In this document: positions 9,696 to 18,216 of the stretch, piece by piece | How the letters are laid out: each line of letters starts with the position of its first letter | Numbering within the stretch: the first letter of the stretch is position 1 | Assembly (NCBI GenBank): GCA_021203845.1 | Contig: JAJQAK010000185.1 | Coordinates: forward strand, 1,731-65,730 | DNA from: Clostridia bacterium | GTDB lineage: Bacteria; Bacillota; Clostridia; Christensenellales; Borkfalkiaceae | Reading direction: 5' to 3' | DNA: 64,000 nt | Notes under the pieces: generated by a model | The model's database searches: none | Seen by the model: only the letters and a program-made list of their open reading frames with translations | What the model was told of the DNA's origin: nothing | Program-made: the position numbers and the translations under genes

Positions 9696-9905
9696 TTACC
9701 CCCTTATGTCGTATACAAGATAGAACGCAAAAGCCAAAACAATCAACACGGCCGTGAACACGAACGAATTGAAGCCTTGTGCCTCAAGCCACTTTGCGAA
9801 CTTCCCTTTTTCTCGCCCTTCTCCGTGCGAAACAATCCAAGCGGCCACATATGCCACCCCGCTCGCTATTCCCGTCCAAAAACATACTATGCTCGCCGTG
9901 TGCAT
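9696..9905 (-). CDS. Small predicted membrane protein with two hydrophobic helices
   Basis: The ATG overlaps the tape-measure stop as TAATG (9907-9903), and GGGGG lies ~9 nt upstream. The 69-aa product is MHTASIVCFWTGIASGVAYVAAWIV...FNSFVFTAVLIVLAFAFYLVYDIRG. This is the only non-overlapping part of track ORF 9696..10313. Confidence 0.45.
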   Translation of the reverse strand: MHTASIVCFWTGIASGVAYVAAWIVSHGEGREKGKFAKWLEAQGFNSFVFTAVLIVLAFAFYLVYDIRG

Positions 9906-12070
9906 TATCTGACCCCCGCCAAAACTTTGTTTATCTGTTCCACGACCTGATTTGCTATGTCGGTCGCCGCGGCCGTCTCGGTCTTTTGCAAGTCCTTCCC
10001 GCCCTCGAACGTGTTGTATATCTGCGTGTTTGTGTTGAACACCCTGTTGTCGTACGTTACTCCGCTCATTCCGGACAACGCCGCCATTTTGGAAGCGGGC
10101 GAGAAATTGTCCATGACCATTTGCATTGCCAGCATGACGTTTTCTCGGAGCTTGCTTTCGGGGGCGACAATCTCGCCCTCGGTCATGTTGTCGCCTATAA
10201 CCGCAAGCCTCGGCATATTGCGCCCGATATAACCGCCTTCCGCAAGGTACGATATTCTCTTGAAAGATACTTCGTTTATTTCGGGGATTGCCGGTATACC
10301 CATCCATGTCCATATCTTTGACAACCCTTGCGTGAATCCGTTTATCGCCTTGACAAAGAAATTACAGAAAGCCTCAAAGCCGTCGATTATGCCGTTGACT
10401 ATCTTGATAAAGAAGTTGGCAATCGACTTGAACATATTCTGCAAAAACTCCTTCACATTATTGAAGGCGTCTTTGATTTTTTGAAAGAAGTCTTTTATTT
10501 TCTGCCAAATCTTTGAGAACCAGTCGCCGACCTTCGAGAACCATTCCCCCATGGCCTGAAACGCCTTTTGCAATAATTCTGTATCTCCAAACAGGGACGA
10601 CAATAACTCCGAAACAGTTCCGAGAGCGTCAAGAACCGGCTCCAAAAACTTCATTAGCCCCGAATTTATGATTTGTGAAATCATGTCGAACAGCGGTTGC
10701 AATAAATCAAGTATCGGCGTAAGCACGTTCATTATCGCCGTGATTAGTTCAACGATGACTTCCAAAATTGGCGCGAGAAGCGACATGAATACGTCTACCA
10801 ACTCCATAATGAGCTCAAGAATCGGCTCTAATGCGGCAAAAATCACGTCAAGTACACCAGAAATCAGGTCGGCAATCATTTCTATGACGCCCACTACCAA
10901 ATCTATTATCTTCGACACCGTGGGCATTATTTTGTTCACAAACGACATCACTATGTCTATAACCCGCGACACTATCCGCATGACCGGCTCAATGATGGAT
11001 GTTACGATTTTTTGACACGCGGCCATAATCTCGTTCAATGCGTCCATAACGACGTTGAAAAAGTCCATCATAACGTCATAGACGGGTGAAAGCAGGTCGT
11101 AAATTTGGTTTATGAAGTCAAAAATAAATGAGCAACTGTCTATAATGAGACTGAATATCGGCTCAAGGTACCCCAAAATCATTTCAAGATTTTCGGCTAT
11201 CATATCAGTGAGCCCCGTGGCGTCGTTTAGGTTTGTCAAAAACGTGCCGAGCGAGTTTTTGAACTCACCAAAGGCCTCACTTATCGTCACTCTTACATTT
11301 GAAAAACTTTCCTCTATCTCCTCCGACGAGCTTTCAAATGCCGTGTATAATTGCGCCGCGGTCAGCTTGCCTTGCGTGCCGAGCGACTTCACTTGCTGTT
11401 CGCTCATGTTGAGGCTTTCCGCAAGTAGTGAAATCGTTTCGGGCGACTCCGACATTATGCTGTTGAACGCCCCCGCGGAAACTCGCCCCGTTCTAAACGA
11501 CTCAACCAACGCGTTGTTTAGGGAGGCTATCTCGCTTTCACTCGCACCCGATGCCTTAAACTGCTTGTCGGCAAGCACAAGGAAGTCCGCGGCCTCCTCC
11601 GTCGTTTGGAAAAGGCTGTTACCGGTACGCACCAAGTCGCCTACGCTCTCGCCTATCGTAGAGTATGAAACCCTCAACTCGTTCGCGGCGTCGTTTATGT
11701 AGTCATGTACCTCGGCCGTGCTTTCAAGGTCGGTATTTATGTTGTCGAGTACGACGTCAACCTGATACCAAGCCTCAATCATTGAGTTTATTTCTTTTAA
11801 AGCGGCAATTATTGCGGTCGTTGCCGCCATTCCGGAAGATTTGAAGCTCCCCCACCAAGACTTGCCGCCCTGCTCGCCTTCGCTCTCTTTCTTTTTTGCC
11901 TCGTCAAGCCCTTCCGATACCTCACTCGTGGCATCGCTCGCGGCCTCGCTCGTGTTGCCGAGCATGGTGTTTATCTGCTCTTGCAGCCCGTCTATTTGGG
12001 ATTGAATCTGTGCGGTGGCGTCGCTGTCCAGCTCGAATCCGATTTGTATCACTAACTCGCCGACTGTCAT
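9905..12070 (-). CDS. Tail tape measure protein
   Basis: 721-aa ORF directly after the chaperone pair. It has a long helical, I/L/V/M-periodic central region typical of tape measure proteins. Confidence 0.85.
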   Translation of the reverse strand: MTVGELVIQIGFELDSDATAQIQSQIDGLQEQINTMLGNTSEAASDATSEVSEGLDEAKKKESEGEQGGKSWWGSFKSSGMAATTAIIAALKEINSMIEAWYQVDVVLDNINTDLESTAEVHDYINDAANELRVSYSTIGESVGDLVRTGNSLFQTTEEAADFLVLADKQFKASGASESEIASLNNALVESFRTGRVSAGAFNSIMSESPETISLLAESLNMSEQQVKSLGTQGKLTAAQLYTAFESSSEEIEESFSNVRVTISEAFGEFKNSLGTFLTNLNDATGLTDMIAENLEMILGYLEPIFSLIIDSCSFIFDFINQIYDLLSPVYDVMMDFFNVVMDALNEIMAACQKIVTSIIEPVMRIVSRVIDIVMSFVNKIMPTVSKIIDLVVGVIEMIADLISGVLDVIFAALEPILELIMELVDVFMSLLAPILEVIVELITAIMNVLTPILDLLQPLFDMISQIINSGLMKFLEPVLDALGTVSELLSSLFGDTELLQKAFQAMGEWFSKVGDWFSKIWQKIKDFFQKIKDAFNNVKEFLQNMFKSIANFFIKIVNGIIDGFEAFCNFFVKAINGFTQGLSKIWTWMGIPAIPEINEVSFKRISYLAEGGYIGRNMPRLAVIGDNMTEGEIVAPESKLRENVMLAMQMVMDNFSPASKMAALSGMSGVTYDNRVFNTNTQIYNTFEGGKDLQKTETAAATDIANQVVEQINKVLAGVR

Positions 12071-12357
12071 TTTTTAGCCCTCCGCATTTGTTCTTCCATT
12101 TTTTCCATTTCCTGACCCTCAATGTCTTTTTGCATATTGTAAAACGCATAGACGTTGAGAGCCTCATCCAAGGTGTATACCTCCTTTAACTCGTACATGG
12201 TCGCTATTTTGAAATGTATCATCATGTACATATAAAGTTCCAAGGTTGTGAATTGCGATAAGTCCAGCGTCCCGTACTGCTCAAGCGACGGCTTTTCTTC
12301 ACCGACTACTTGTCTGCTTTTGCCTTGCCAGATTGGGTGCTGAAACGAGCGAAAAAA
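12067..12357 (-). CDS. Tail assembly chaperone, -1 frameshift extension (G-T type product 12755..12351 joined to 12357..12067)
   Basis: Track ORF 12067..12426 is in the -1 frame relative to 12306..12755. The join is at the slippery heptamer T_TTT_TTC. Confidence 0.6.
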   Translation of the reverse strand, partial: FFRSFQHPIWQGKSRQVVGEEKPSLEQYGTLDLSQFTTLELYMYMMIHFKIATMYELKEVYTLDEALNVYAFYNMQKDIEGQEMEKMEEQMRRAKK

Positions 12358-12755
12358 CCCTGATAGTTCTCCTTTACCACATAAAACGCAAGGACGAATA
12401 TATTCTCTATGTCGCCCGCCATCCACTCGTCGAGTATTTCCTCGGTGAGGTATTGTGTTTGCCCGTCATAGTCAACCGCTATGTTGTCATGTCTTATAAG
12501 CAGTTTTTCGAGCGCGTCCTCAATCTGCTTCCCATCCGTGTCCGCAAGGCATTTCTCCAGTCCGTCAACAATCACGGACAAATCCAAATTCTTCAAGTCG
12601 CTCAAGTTGTCACCCTGAACGAAACCGTCAAAAAACGGCGTTATTATCTTCAAGACATCGGCCGAGAGTCTTACCGCCGTCATCGCTCTGAACGGCTTCA
12701 CGAAATATGAGTGTCCCCCGACTTTGTATTCTTTTGTCTCATCGTATTTGCTCAT
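12306..12755 (-). CDS. Tail assembly chaperone (gpG-like)
   Basis: 149-aa acidic ORF between the tube and tape measure genes, the canonical position. Confidence 0.7.
   Translation of the reverse strand: MSKYDETKEYKVGGHSYFVKPFRAMTAVRLSADVLKIITPFFDGFVQGDNLSDLKNLDLSVIVDGLEKCLADTDGKQIEDALEKLLIRHDNIAVDYDGQTQYLTEEILDEWMAGDIENIFVLAFYVVKENYQGFFARFSTQSGKAKADK
12351..12357 (-). promoter_or_regulatory. Candidate -1 programmed ribosomal frameshift site T_TTT_TTC
   Basis: The minus strand reads CAG GGT TTT TTC GCT in the G frame. After a -1 slip the frame reads CGC TCG TTT CAG..., which is RSFQHPIWQGK and matches the 119-aa ORF. Confidence 0.6.
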
Positions 12756-12860
12756 TTTTTAAATTCTCCCCATATATAAAAATTATCCCCCCTTACTGTT
12801 GCCGACGCCCCGCGTTTCGCAAAAACATCGGCAACGTGATATGGGGGAATCTGCGTGTAA

Positions 12861-13310
12861 TTAGGTACCGCTGAACTGCCACTCGTCAACGGGTCCGGTC
12901 TCTATGTTCCACTCACGGTTGTTTACTCCCTTGCCGTAAGTGATGTCCACGGGCTTTACGACCCAAGCCGTGTCCGCATGAAACAGCAACCCGCCTTTGG
13001 CGTCCTTTATCTCGATGGGGAACATCCCCTCGCCTTCCAGCCTGTCGCGTATGTAATAATTGTTTAATGTGTCGTTAGACGTCGAGGTTTGGAGCAACAC
13101 AATTTTAATTGCGTACCCCGTGTTGGGGTCCAAAGCCCTCGCAACCTCCCCGTCACAACCCCTTACCGAGGAAATGCCGTCCGTAAGAGGCGAAATTTGC
13201 ACGAATGAGTCGTCCGCCATTCCCGTTATATGGTGTGTTCCGATTACCACGGTGACGAGACGACTATTGTATGTTGAAACTCTCGTTGAAGATGCTGTTT
13301 CCGTAGGCAT
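12861..13310 (-). CDS. Tail tube protein
   Basis: 149-aa ORF immediately downstream of the sheath-sized gene. The call is from synteny. Confidence 0.65.
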   Translation of the reverse strand: MPTETASSTRVSTYNSRLVTVVIGTHHITGMADDSFVQISPLTDGISSVRGCDGEVARALDPNTGYAIKIVLLQTSTSNDTLNNYYIRDRLEGEGMFPIEIKDAKGGLLFHADTAWVVKPVDITYGKGVNNREWNIETGPVDEWQFSGT

Positions 13311-13326
13311 ATCTCATTCCTCCTTA

Positions 13327-14397
13327 TTAAGTCGTCAAAACTCCGGTTATTTCCACAAGGTGTATCGCGCCCTGAAGTCTCGCCGTGAAAGAGCAGCCCC
13401 TCAAGAACCTTGCCTGTTTGTCGGCCTCCTTCACGCTCGACAGCGTGGGCATCGTCACGGTGTAGCCCTCCACTTTGTTGCCCTCATCATCATACTCCGT
13501 GGTCGCTATGCCTCCGACGTTTTGTCCTGTTTTAAGCGATGTTATTATCTGATTTTCTATCATGGTAATGCCCGCCGTCGTGTACGGTACTTTCGCGTTC
13601 TCGGCAAACACGTTGAACACCCTTGTCTGTATGTCGTCCACAAGCCAGTCCCTGAACCTCACTATGTCCGTCCACTCGCCCGCGGTTACTTTCCCGTTCA
13701 ATGTTATGTTTCTTCCGGCGCAGTTGGCATACGAGTTGAAACCGAGCTCCGCAAGGTAATAGGCGTCCTGCGAATCCCACTCGTCGGGCGTCATTCCGCT
13801 GAGCGTCTTATATGCCCATGTTTCGCTGCCCGGCTGATACGTCATGTTCTTTGCAAACGCCGCGACCGCCATGTATTTGTTGTCCGCATTGTCCTCACCG
13901 AGCTTTGTGGCGTATGCCACGGCATAGTAATACGTCGCGTCTATGGGCATGGGCGAGTCTGCCTTGCCGTTTGCGGCTGCTCCCAAATCCGTGTCCGAGA
14001 CGTCAACCGTGAACCCTATGAGTTTGTGGTTGTCCTCGGCCCAGTCCGCCGCCGCTTTAAGATTCGTATCATCCCCGATAAGTGTAAAGCCGTACCATCC
14101 GTTGTTTTTGGCTGCCGTTTCAAGCGCCGTTTCAATGTCCTTATCCATGGACGTGTAGATGTAAAGCACCTCTGCGCCGTTTGCAAAAGCTATTCTCGCG
14201 GCATTGTAAATTTCGCTGTCTTCGCCCCATCCGCTGTACTGCACCTCCGACAAAGTGGTGTACGAGTTCAGTCCGCTGACGTTCCCATTTGCCTTTTCAA
14301 GGTCCACAAGCAACAGGTTGTTGAAAGCGCTTGTGTTTGCCGTGCCGTTTGATATGGAGATTGAAACGTTAACGAGGCTGTCGATTAAATTATTCAT
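13327..14397 (-). CDS. Tail sheath protein
   Basis: 356-aa ORF in sheath-then-tube order upstream of the chaperones and tape measure. Size and position are those of short (DUF3383-type) sheaths. Confidence 0.65.
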   Translation of the reverse strand: MNNLIDSLVNVSISISNGTANTSAFNNLLLVDLEKANGNVSGLNSYTTLSEVQYSGWGEDSEIYNAARIAFANGAEVLYIYTSMDKDIETALETAAKNNGWYGFTLIGDDTNLKAAADWAEDNHKLIGFTVDVSDTDLGAAANGKADSPMPIDATYYYAVAYATKLGEDNADNKYMAVAAFAKNMTYQPGSETWAYKTLSGMTPDEWDSQDAYYLAELGFNSYANCAGRNITLNGKVTAGEWTDIVRFRDWLVDDIQTRVFNVFAENAKVPYTTAGITMIENQIITSLKTGQNVGGIATTEYDDEGNKVEGYTVTMPTLSSVKEADKQARFLRGCSFTARLQGAIHLVEITGVLTT

Positions 14398-14398
14398 A

Positions 14399-15001
14399 TC
14401 ATTCTCCTTGTTTTTCGATATTGTCGGTTATCTCGACATCCTCGATATAACCTGTCTGCATATTTGCCAGTTCCGACGTCCCTCCTCCGCTCGCCGTGGG
14501 CTTCCAGTCTTTTCTCGCTATGCCCGCCCATCCGGTGAAGTGTTGCGTGAACGTCACAACTATGTCCTGCGTCGCACGATAATCATATGCCGTGTCGAGT
14601 ACGGCCGTTATGTCCTGAACCTGTGTTCCCGGCTGTATCTCTATGTCGTATTTCTCACTCAATTCCTCAACCACATAATATGAGGTAAGGTAATGCTCGA
14701 AGTCAATTAAATCATTCACGGCCGTATTGACTTGTATCGTCCCGCCGTTTACCTTTCTTTTTTCACCCTTGGAAAAGAGCTGTATGCGGATATTCGCCGT
14801 TGACGGCTGACTCTGCACCACGTCGTCCTCATATGTTTCTATGAAGTAAGTCGAGCGCTGTACATTCAAAAGTTTCAACGTGACGAGGTTTACGCCGGGA
14901 TTCACGGCCTTTTGCTCCTCCTCCCACATGACGTTTGTATCGGCGAAACATTCCTTGGTGATGTTGTATATTGCGGTCTTAAGCTCCTCAATCGTCATCA
15001 T
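14399..15001 (-). CDS. Neck / tail-completion protein (hypothetical)
   Basis: 200-aa ORF between the connector genes and the sheath. Confidence 0.5.
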   Translation of the reverse strand: MMTIEELKTAIYNITKECFADTNVMWEEEQKAVNPGVNLVTLKLLNVQRSTYFIETYEDDVVQSQPSTANIRIQLFSKGEKRKVNGGTIQVNTAVNDLIDFEHYLTSYYVVEELSEKYDIEIQPGTQVQDITAVLDTAYDYRATQDIVVTFTQHFTGWAGIARKDWKPTASGGGTSELANMQTGYIEDVEITDNIEKQGE

Positions 15002-15410
15002 CCGCCTCCTCCCTCGTCACATGAGGCGGCGGCTCTTGGTCACTTTCGGAAACCCTCTGCCACGTCGCCGTCCAGTGTCTCGTCGGCAAATGCTCATACC
15101 ACTGACAAGAGGAGCACTCATACCACTCACCGTCATACCACAAGAGGTCGGCCCTGTAACCTTGTATCGCGCTCGCCGTCTGTATGGGGAAATTTCCATA
15201 AGACGTAAGTGACTTCGTTTCCTTGTCGCCTTGCGGAGTGTGCTGTATGTTGCTCGAAGATGACTGTACGTCCAAAAGCACCTCTTTGTCCTCGTATGCG
15301 TCGTTCAGAAAATACCCGTCAACTATCTGCGCTCTCTTATACATTCGGAGGATGTAATTGTGTTTCCATATCGTGCCGAGCCCACCTTGATATTTAACGG
15401 GCATAATCAC
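14988..15410 (-). CDS. Neck / head-tail joining protein (hypothetical)
   Basis: 140-aa ORF with overlapping gene boundaries. Confidence 0.5.
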   Translation of the reverse strand: MIMPVKYQGGLGTIWKHNYILRMYKRAQIVDGYFLNDAYEDKEVLLDVQSSSSNIQHTPQGDKETKSLTSYGNFPIQTASAIQGYRADLLWYDGEWYECSSCQWYEHLPTRHWTATWQRVSESDQEPPPHVTREEADDDD

Positions 15411-15829
15411 TCCTCCTTCTTGCCGATGGAGATAACTATGTCTTTCTCCATGCCTTTGAGCGGTGACAGAATTTTATGTGTGTGCGGTATCTGCGACATC
15501 GTGGGCTCATCGTTCTCTATCGCGGCTTCAATGTTTATCTTCACCTGCTCGGCCGCCGATTCCATTAAATCGTTCGCATTGGTCGGTTTTTCAATAAACG
15601 TACTCATGTCCGCCCCGACATTTTCGAGAACGGTTTTTTTGTCCATGTGGTACGCCCTCGTCATAAACGGACGAGCTTGTATCTTGGATGTGCCGTACTC
15701 AAAGAACATCGCTATCGCCGCTTTATTGCCCACAAACCCGACTTTCGCCGACATATCTTTCAACTCATCCATACTCTGCATGAACTTTTCGCCGTCCTCT
15801 GTAAAACGAAATATGCACTGATTACTCAT
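15407..15829 (-). CDS. Head-tail adaptor-like protein (hypothetical)
   Basis: 140-aa ORF with a 4-nt overlap on both sides. Confidence 0.5.
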   Translation of the reverse strand: MSNQCIFRFTEDGEKFMQSMDELKDMSAKVGFVGNKAAIAMFFEYGTSKIQARPFMTRAYHMDKKTVLENVGADMSTFIEKPTNANDLMESAAEQVKINIEAAIENDEPTMSQIPHTHKILSPLKGMEKDIVISIGKKEE

Positions 15830-16233
15830 GGAAGTAAGCCTCCCGATATTGAAATTCTCGGCACGTACTTCGTTTTTAAATCAAGGTATTGTATGCCGTA
15901 AATTGTCAAAGCATATTCGGCGTCCGGTGTAGACAAGATACTGCCGCCCATCCAGTTGTTGAACGAAACGCTGACTCCGCCCTCGCTGTATGAACTCACA
16001 TGAGACGCATCCGCTATCGTTCCGAGTGACGTGTCCCCCTGTCCGTTCATCTTCATTTTGTGACAAATTAAAAGCGCCAAGGCAAGCGTGTAAACATCCT
16101 TGAATTTCTTCTTTGCCACAAGCGGAGACAAAGTTTTAATCATCATGTTGATTTCTTCGTCCGTAACCTCCGAAAATTCTGCGCCTATCGCGCGGATGTT
16201 TCTTAACACTTCCTTGGCGTCTTCTTCTGTCAT
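15826..16233 (-). CDS. Head-tail connector protein (DUF4054-position)
   Basis: 135-aa ORF following the capsid gene cluster. Confidence 0.5.
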   Translation of the reverse strand: MTEEDAKEVLRNIRAIGAEFSEVTDEEINMMIKTLSPLVAKKKFKDVYTLALALLICHKMKMNGQGDTSLGTIADASHVSSYSEGGVSVSFNNWMGGSILSTPDAEYALTIYGIQYLDLKTKYVPRISISGGLLP

Positions 16234-16235
16234 TG

Positions 16236-16502
16236 TTATGCCTCTGTGACCTCCGCGGTATCAGTCTCCTCGGTGTCCGTGGTATCTGCGGTTTTCTTGG
16301 ATGTCCTCTTTGCGGTCTTTGCGGCCTTGCTCTCGCTTGCGTCTTTATGAACGTAAAGCCTGCTGTCTACTTTTGAAATAGAGCTGAGAACGTTCACGTC
16401 GTCAAGCTCAACCTCGGCATTTGCCTCTATGATGTTGGGTTGAAGTCCGTGGGGCTTGCCGATGACGATGGTTTTGCCGGTCATGTTTTTGACTGTTGCC
16501 AT
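16236..16502 (-). CDS. Small hypothetical head-associated protein
   Basis: 88-aa ORF with a K/T/E-rich C-terminus, first gene after the capsid terminator. Confidence 0.5.
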   Translation of the reverse strand: MATVKNMTGKTIVIGKPHGLQPNIIEANAEVELDDVNVLSSISKVDSRLYVHKDASESKAAKTAKRTSKKTADTTDTEETDTAEVTEA

Positions 16503-16519
16503 TTTTTTAATTCCTCCAT

Positions 16520-16559
16520 ATAAAGAAATAGACTTTCGGAGGCCGTTGGCTCGGCCTCC
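16520..16559 (-). terminator. Hairpin downstream of the major capsid gene (possible partial terminator)
   Basis: On the minus RNA GGAGGCCG (16545-16538) pairs with CGGCCUCC (16559-16552) in an 8-bp stem with a 6-nt loop. It is followed by GAAAGUCUAUUUCUUU, an interrupted U-tract. Confidence 0.4.
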
Positions 16560-16613
16560 TTCGTCTGTTTATGCACACGATTCTATATATAAAATATATT
16601 TTCGTTGTCTGAA

Positions 16614-17669
16614 TTAGATGCCGACGGCAATCATGGCCGACATAGGATAGTACACGAGAACTCCGGCGACCCTCGCCTCGCAAAGAACCTTCATGGTGAG
16701 ATTCTGCGGCTGTACGGGATGCTGGTAGAACATCATGGGTATCTCAAGGGTGAGTTTGTCGGGGTCCTTCGTGTAAAGGAGAGCGACCGCCTTTCCATCT
16801 GCGGCATACGGATTGGTGTCGGGTGAGTTGCTGGAAAGCTCGTCGATGCCCTCTATCGACTTGATGTACGGGTTGTTTCTCTGCAAGAACGTGAGAATCG
16901 TTATGGCCTCGGTGTTGGGAATTCTCGTGGTGGACAGGTAAATAAACACGTCCGCGGGAACGAGCAACGTGTCGGGCTTCTCAACGTTGTGCGTGAGGTA
17001 AGAGACGGCGGCGACCATCCCGTTGATGTCGTCGAGAATCTCATCGGGGGTCTTGTGTCTCCAATCCGTATATCCGGAAGTCCCTTCGGGTACAGCGTAA
17101 AGAGGTATCTCTTGCTCCGGTGAAAGTATGCCGTACAGTTCGTACTCGCTATCGCCAGCCCATGCTATTCTGTTTATCTTCCTGTCTATCGCCTTCCTTG
17201 CGGACGTGCCCTTTTTCGCGTCAAGAGGGATGCCCTGATAACGGGCGGCTCTCATTTCCTGAACGCTGTATACATAGGACTCGCCTATCGACTTGATGGC
17301 GACGCTGGACTCTTTGCCCTGTACGTCTGCTCTGGGAAGGTCATCCGCATAATCTTTGATTATGTTGGCCTCACCGGTCATGTCGTATGTCTGATATACG
17401 ATTCTGTTGGCGCCTTCGTTTGCGTCACTCGAAACGGGGAAGCATTTGAAAGCGTTAAGTTCTGCATACTGAACGTCATAGGTCTTCTTCTTGATGTAGT
17501 CGAGCTGTCTCGCAAAGAATACGGAACCCATTTCGCCGCCATCATAACGTACCACGTTACCCACATCGGTTATGGTCTCATCAACGGCATGAAGTAAAGA
17601 AGAACCCCTCAGCACTTTCTCGTCATACGCGTCGTATCTCTTGTGCTTGTATATGTCTTTTGCTACCAT
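16614..17669 (-). CDS. Major capsid protein (DUF2184-type)
   Basis: 351-aa ORF. It follows the order scaffold-like, small protein, capsid that is typical of Mu-like/DUF2213-DUF2184 head modules. It has a strong RBS and a hairpin after its stop. Confidence 0.75.
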   Translation of the reverse strand: MVAKDIYKHKRYDAYDEKVLRGSSLLHAVDETITDVGNVVRYDGGEMGSVFFARQLDYIKKKTYDVQYAELNAFKCFPVSSDANEGANRIVYQTYDMTGEANIIKDYADDLPRADVQGKESSVAIKSIGESYVYSVQEMRAARYQGIPLDAKKGTSARKAIDRKINRIAWAGDSEYELYGILSPEQEIPLYAVPEGTSGYTDWRHKTPDEILDDINGMVAAVSYLTHNVEKPDTLLVPADVFIYLSTTRIPNTEAITILTFLQRNNPYIKSIEGIDELSSNSPDTNPYAADGKAVALLYTKDPDKLTLEIPMMFYQHPVQPQNLTMKVLCEARVAGVLVYYPMSAMIAVGI

Positions 17670-17688
17670 GATTTCTCATTTCCTCCTT

Positions 17689-18213
17689 TTAGCCTTGTCT
17701 GTAAAGTTCTACACCGGCCACGTAAACCTCTGCGGCCGTGTTCATGGCCTTGTCCACGGGCGTTATGAACCTTGCGTTGAGTTTGAGGTTGGTTTCCTCA
17801 TTGGTGAGGAATCCCTGCGTCTCGCCCTCCTGCGTGATAACGTAAACGTCATCGTTGAGCTGGGTCGTGATTCCTTCGGGAACTCTCGCCCAAATTCTGC
17901 CCCATGCGAGTACGTTTATCGCTACCCTTGAGCGTACGTAAAGTTCGCCTTCAAGCCCGTGCTCGGAAGTACGGTCGGTGCACGTAATGCCCAAAACGTC
18001 TTTGACCGTCGAGGCGCTCGTGGGGAGAACGACGGTTTCCGTGAGCGTGTCCTCAGTTTCCTCATCCTTTGCGTTTACGACGGCGACGCCGTACTTCATA
18101 ACGTTGAGCTCCTCGCCGTTTGCGAAAGAGTCAACAGCCATAGGCGTGACATCGAGCAGTCCGCCCGGTGCGCCAAAAAACGCCCTTCTTCCATAATGTG
18201 TCTGTGCGCTCAT
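17689..18213 (-). CDS. Head structural/decoration-like protein
   Basis: 174-aa ORF between the scaffold-like gene and the capsid gene. Confidence 0.55.
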   Translation of the reverse strand: MSAQTHYGRRAFFGAPGGLLDVTPMAVDSFANGEELNVMKYGVAVVNAKDEETEDTLTETVVLPTSASTVKDVLGITCTDRTSEHGLEGELYVRSRVAINVLAWGRIWARVPEGITTQLNDDVYVITQEGETQGFLTNEETNLKLNARFITPVDKAMNTAAEVYVAGVELYRQG

Positions 18214-18216
18214 TTC

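Noticed and set aside
9906-10313. The upstream two thirds of track ORF 9696..10313 (205 aa).
   Set aside because: This part overlaps the tape measure gene in another frame and is Arg/Gly-rich nonsense. Only the distal 210 nt, after the tape-measure stop, is plausible coding sequence.
13060-14352. Long plus-strand ORFs in the track, for example 555..1361, 4001..4663, 13060..14352, 17959..18801, 30895..31605, 52480..53358 and 58022..58883.
   Set aside because: Each lies antisense to, or out of frame with, a longer minus-strand gene that has recognisable motifs. They lack RBSs, have odd composition (R/C/F/L-rich), and there is no plus-strand promoter anywhere except 63254-63282.
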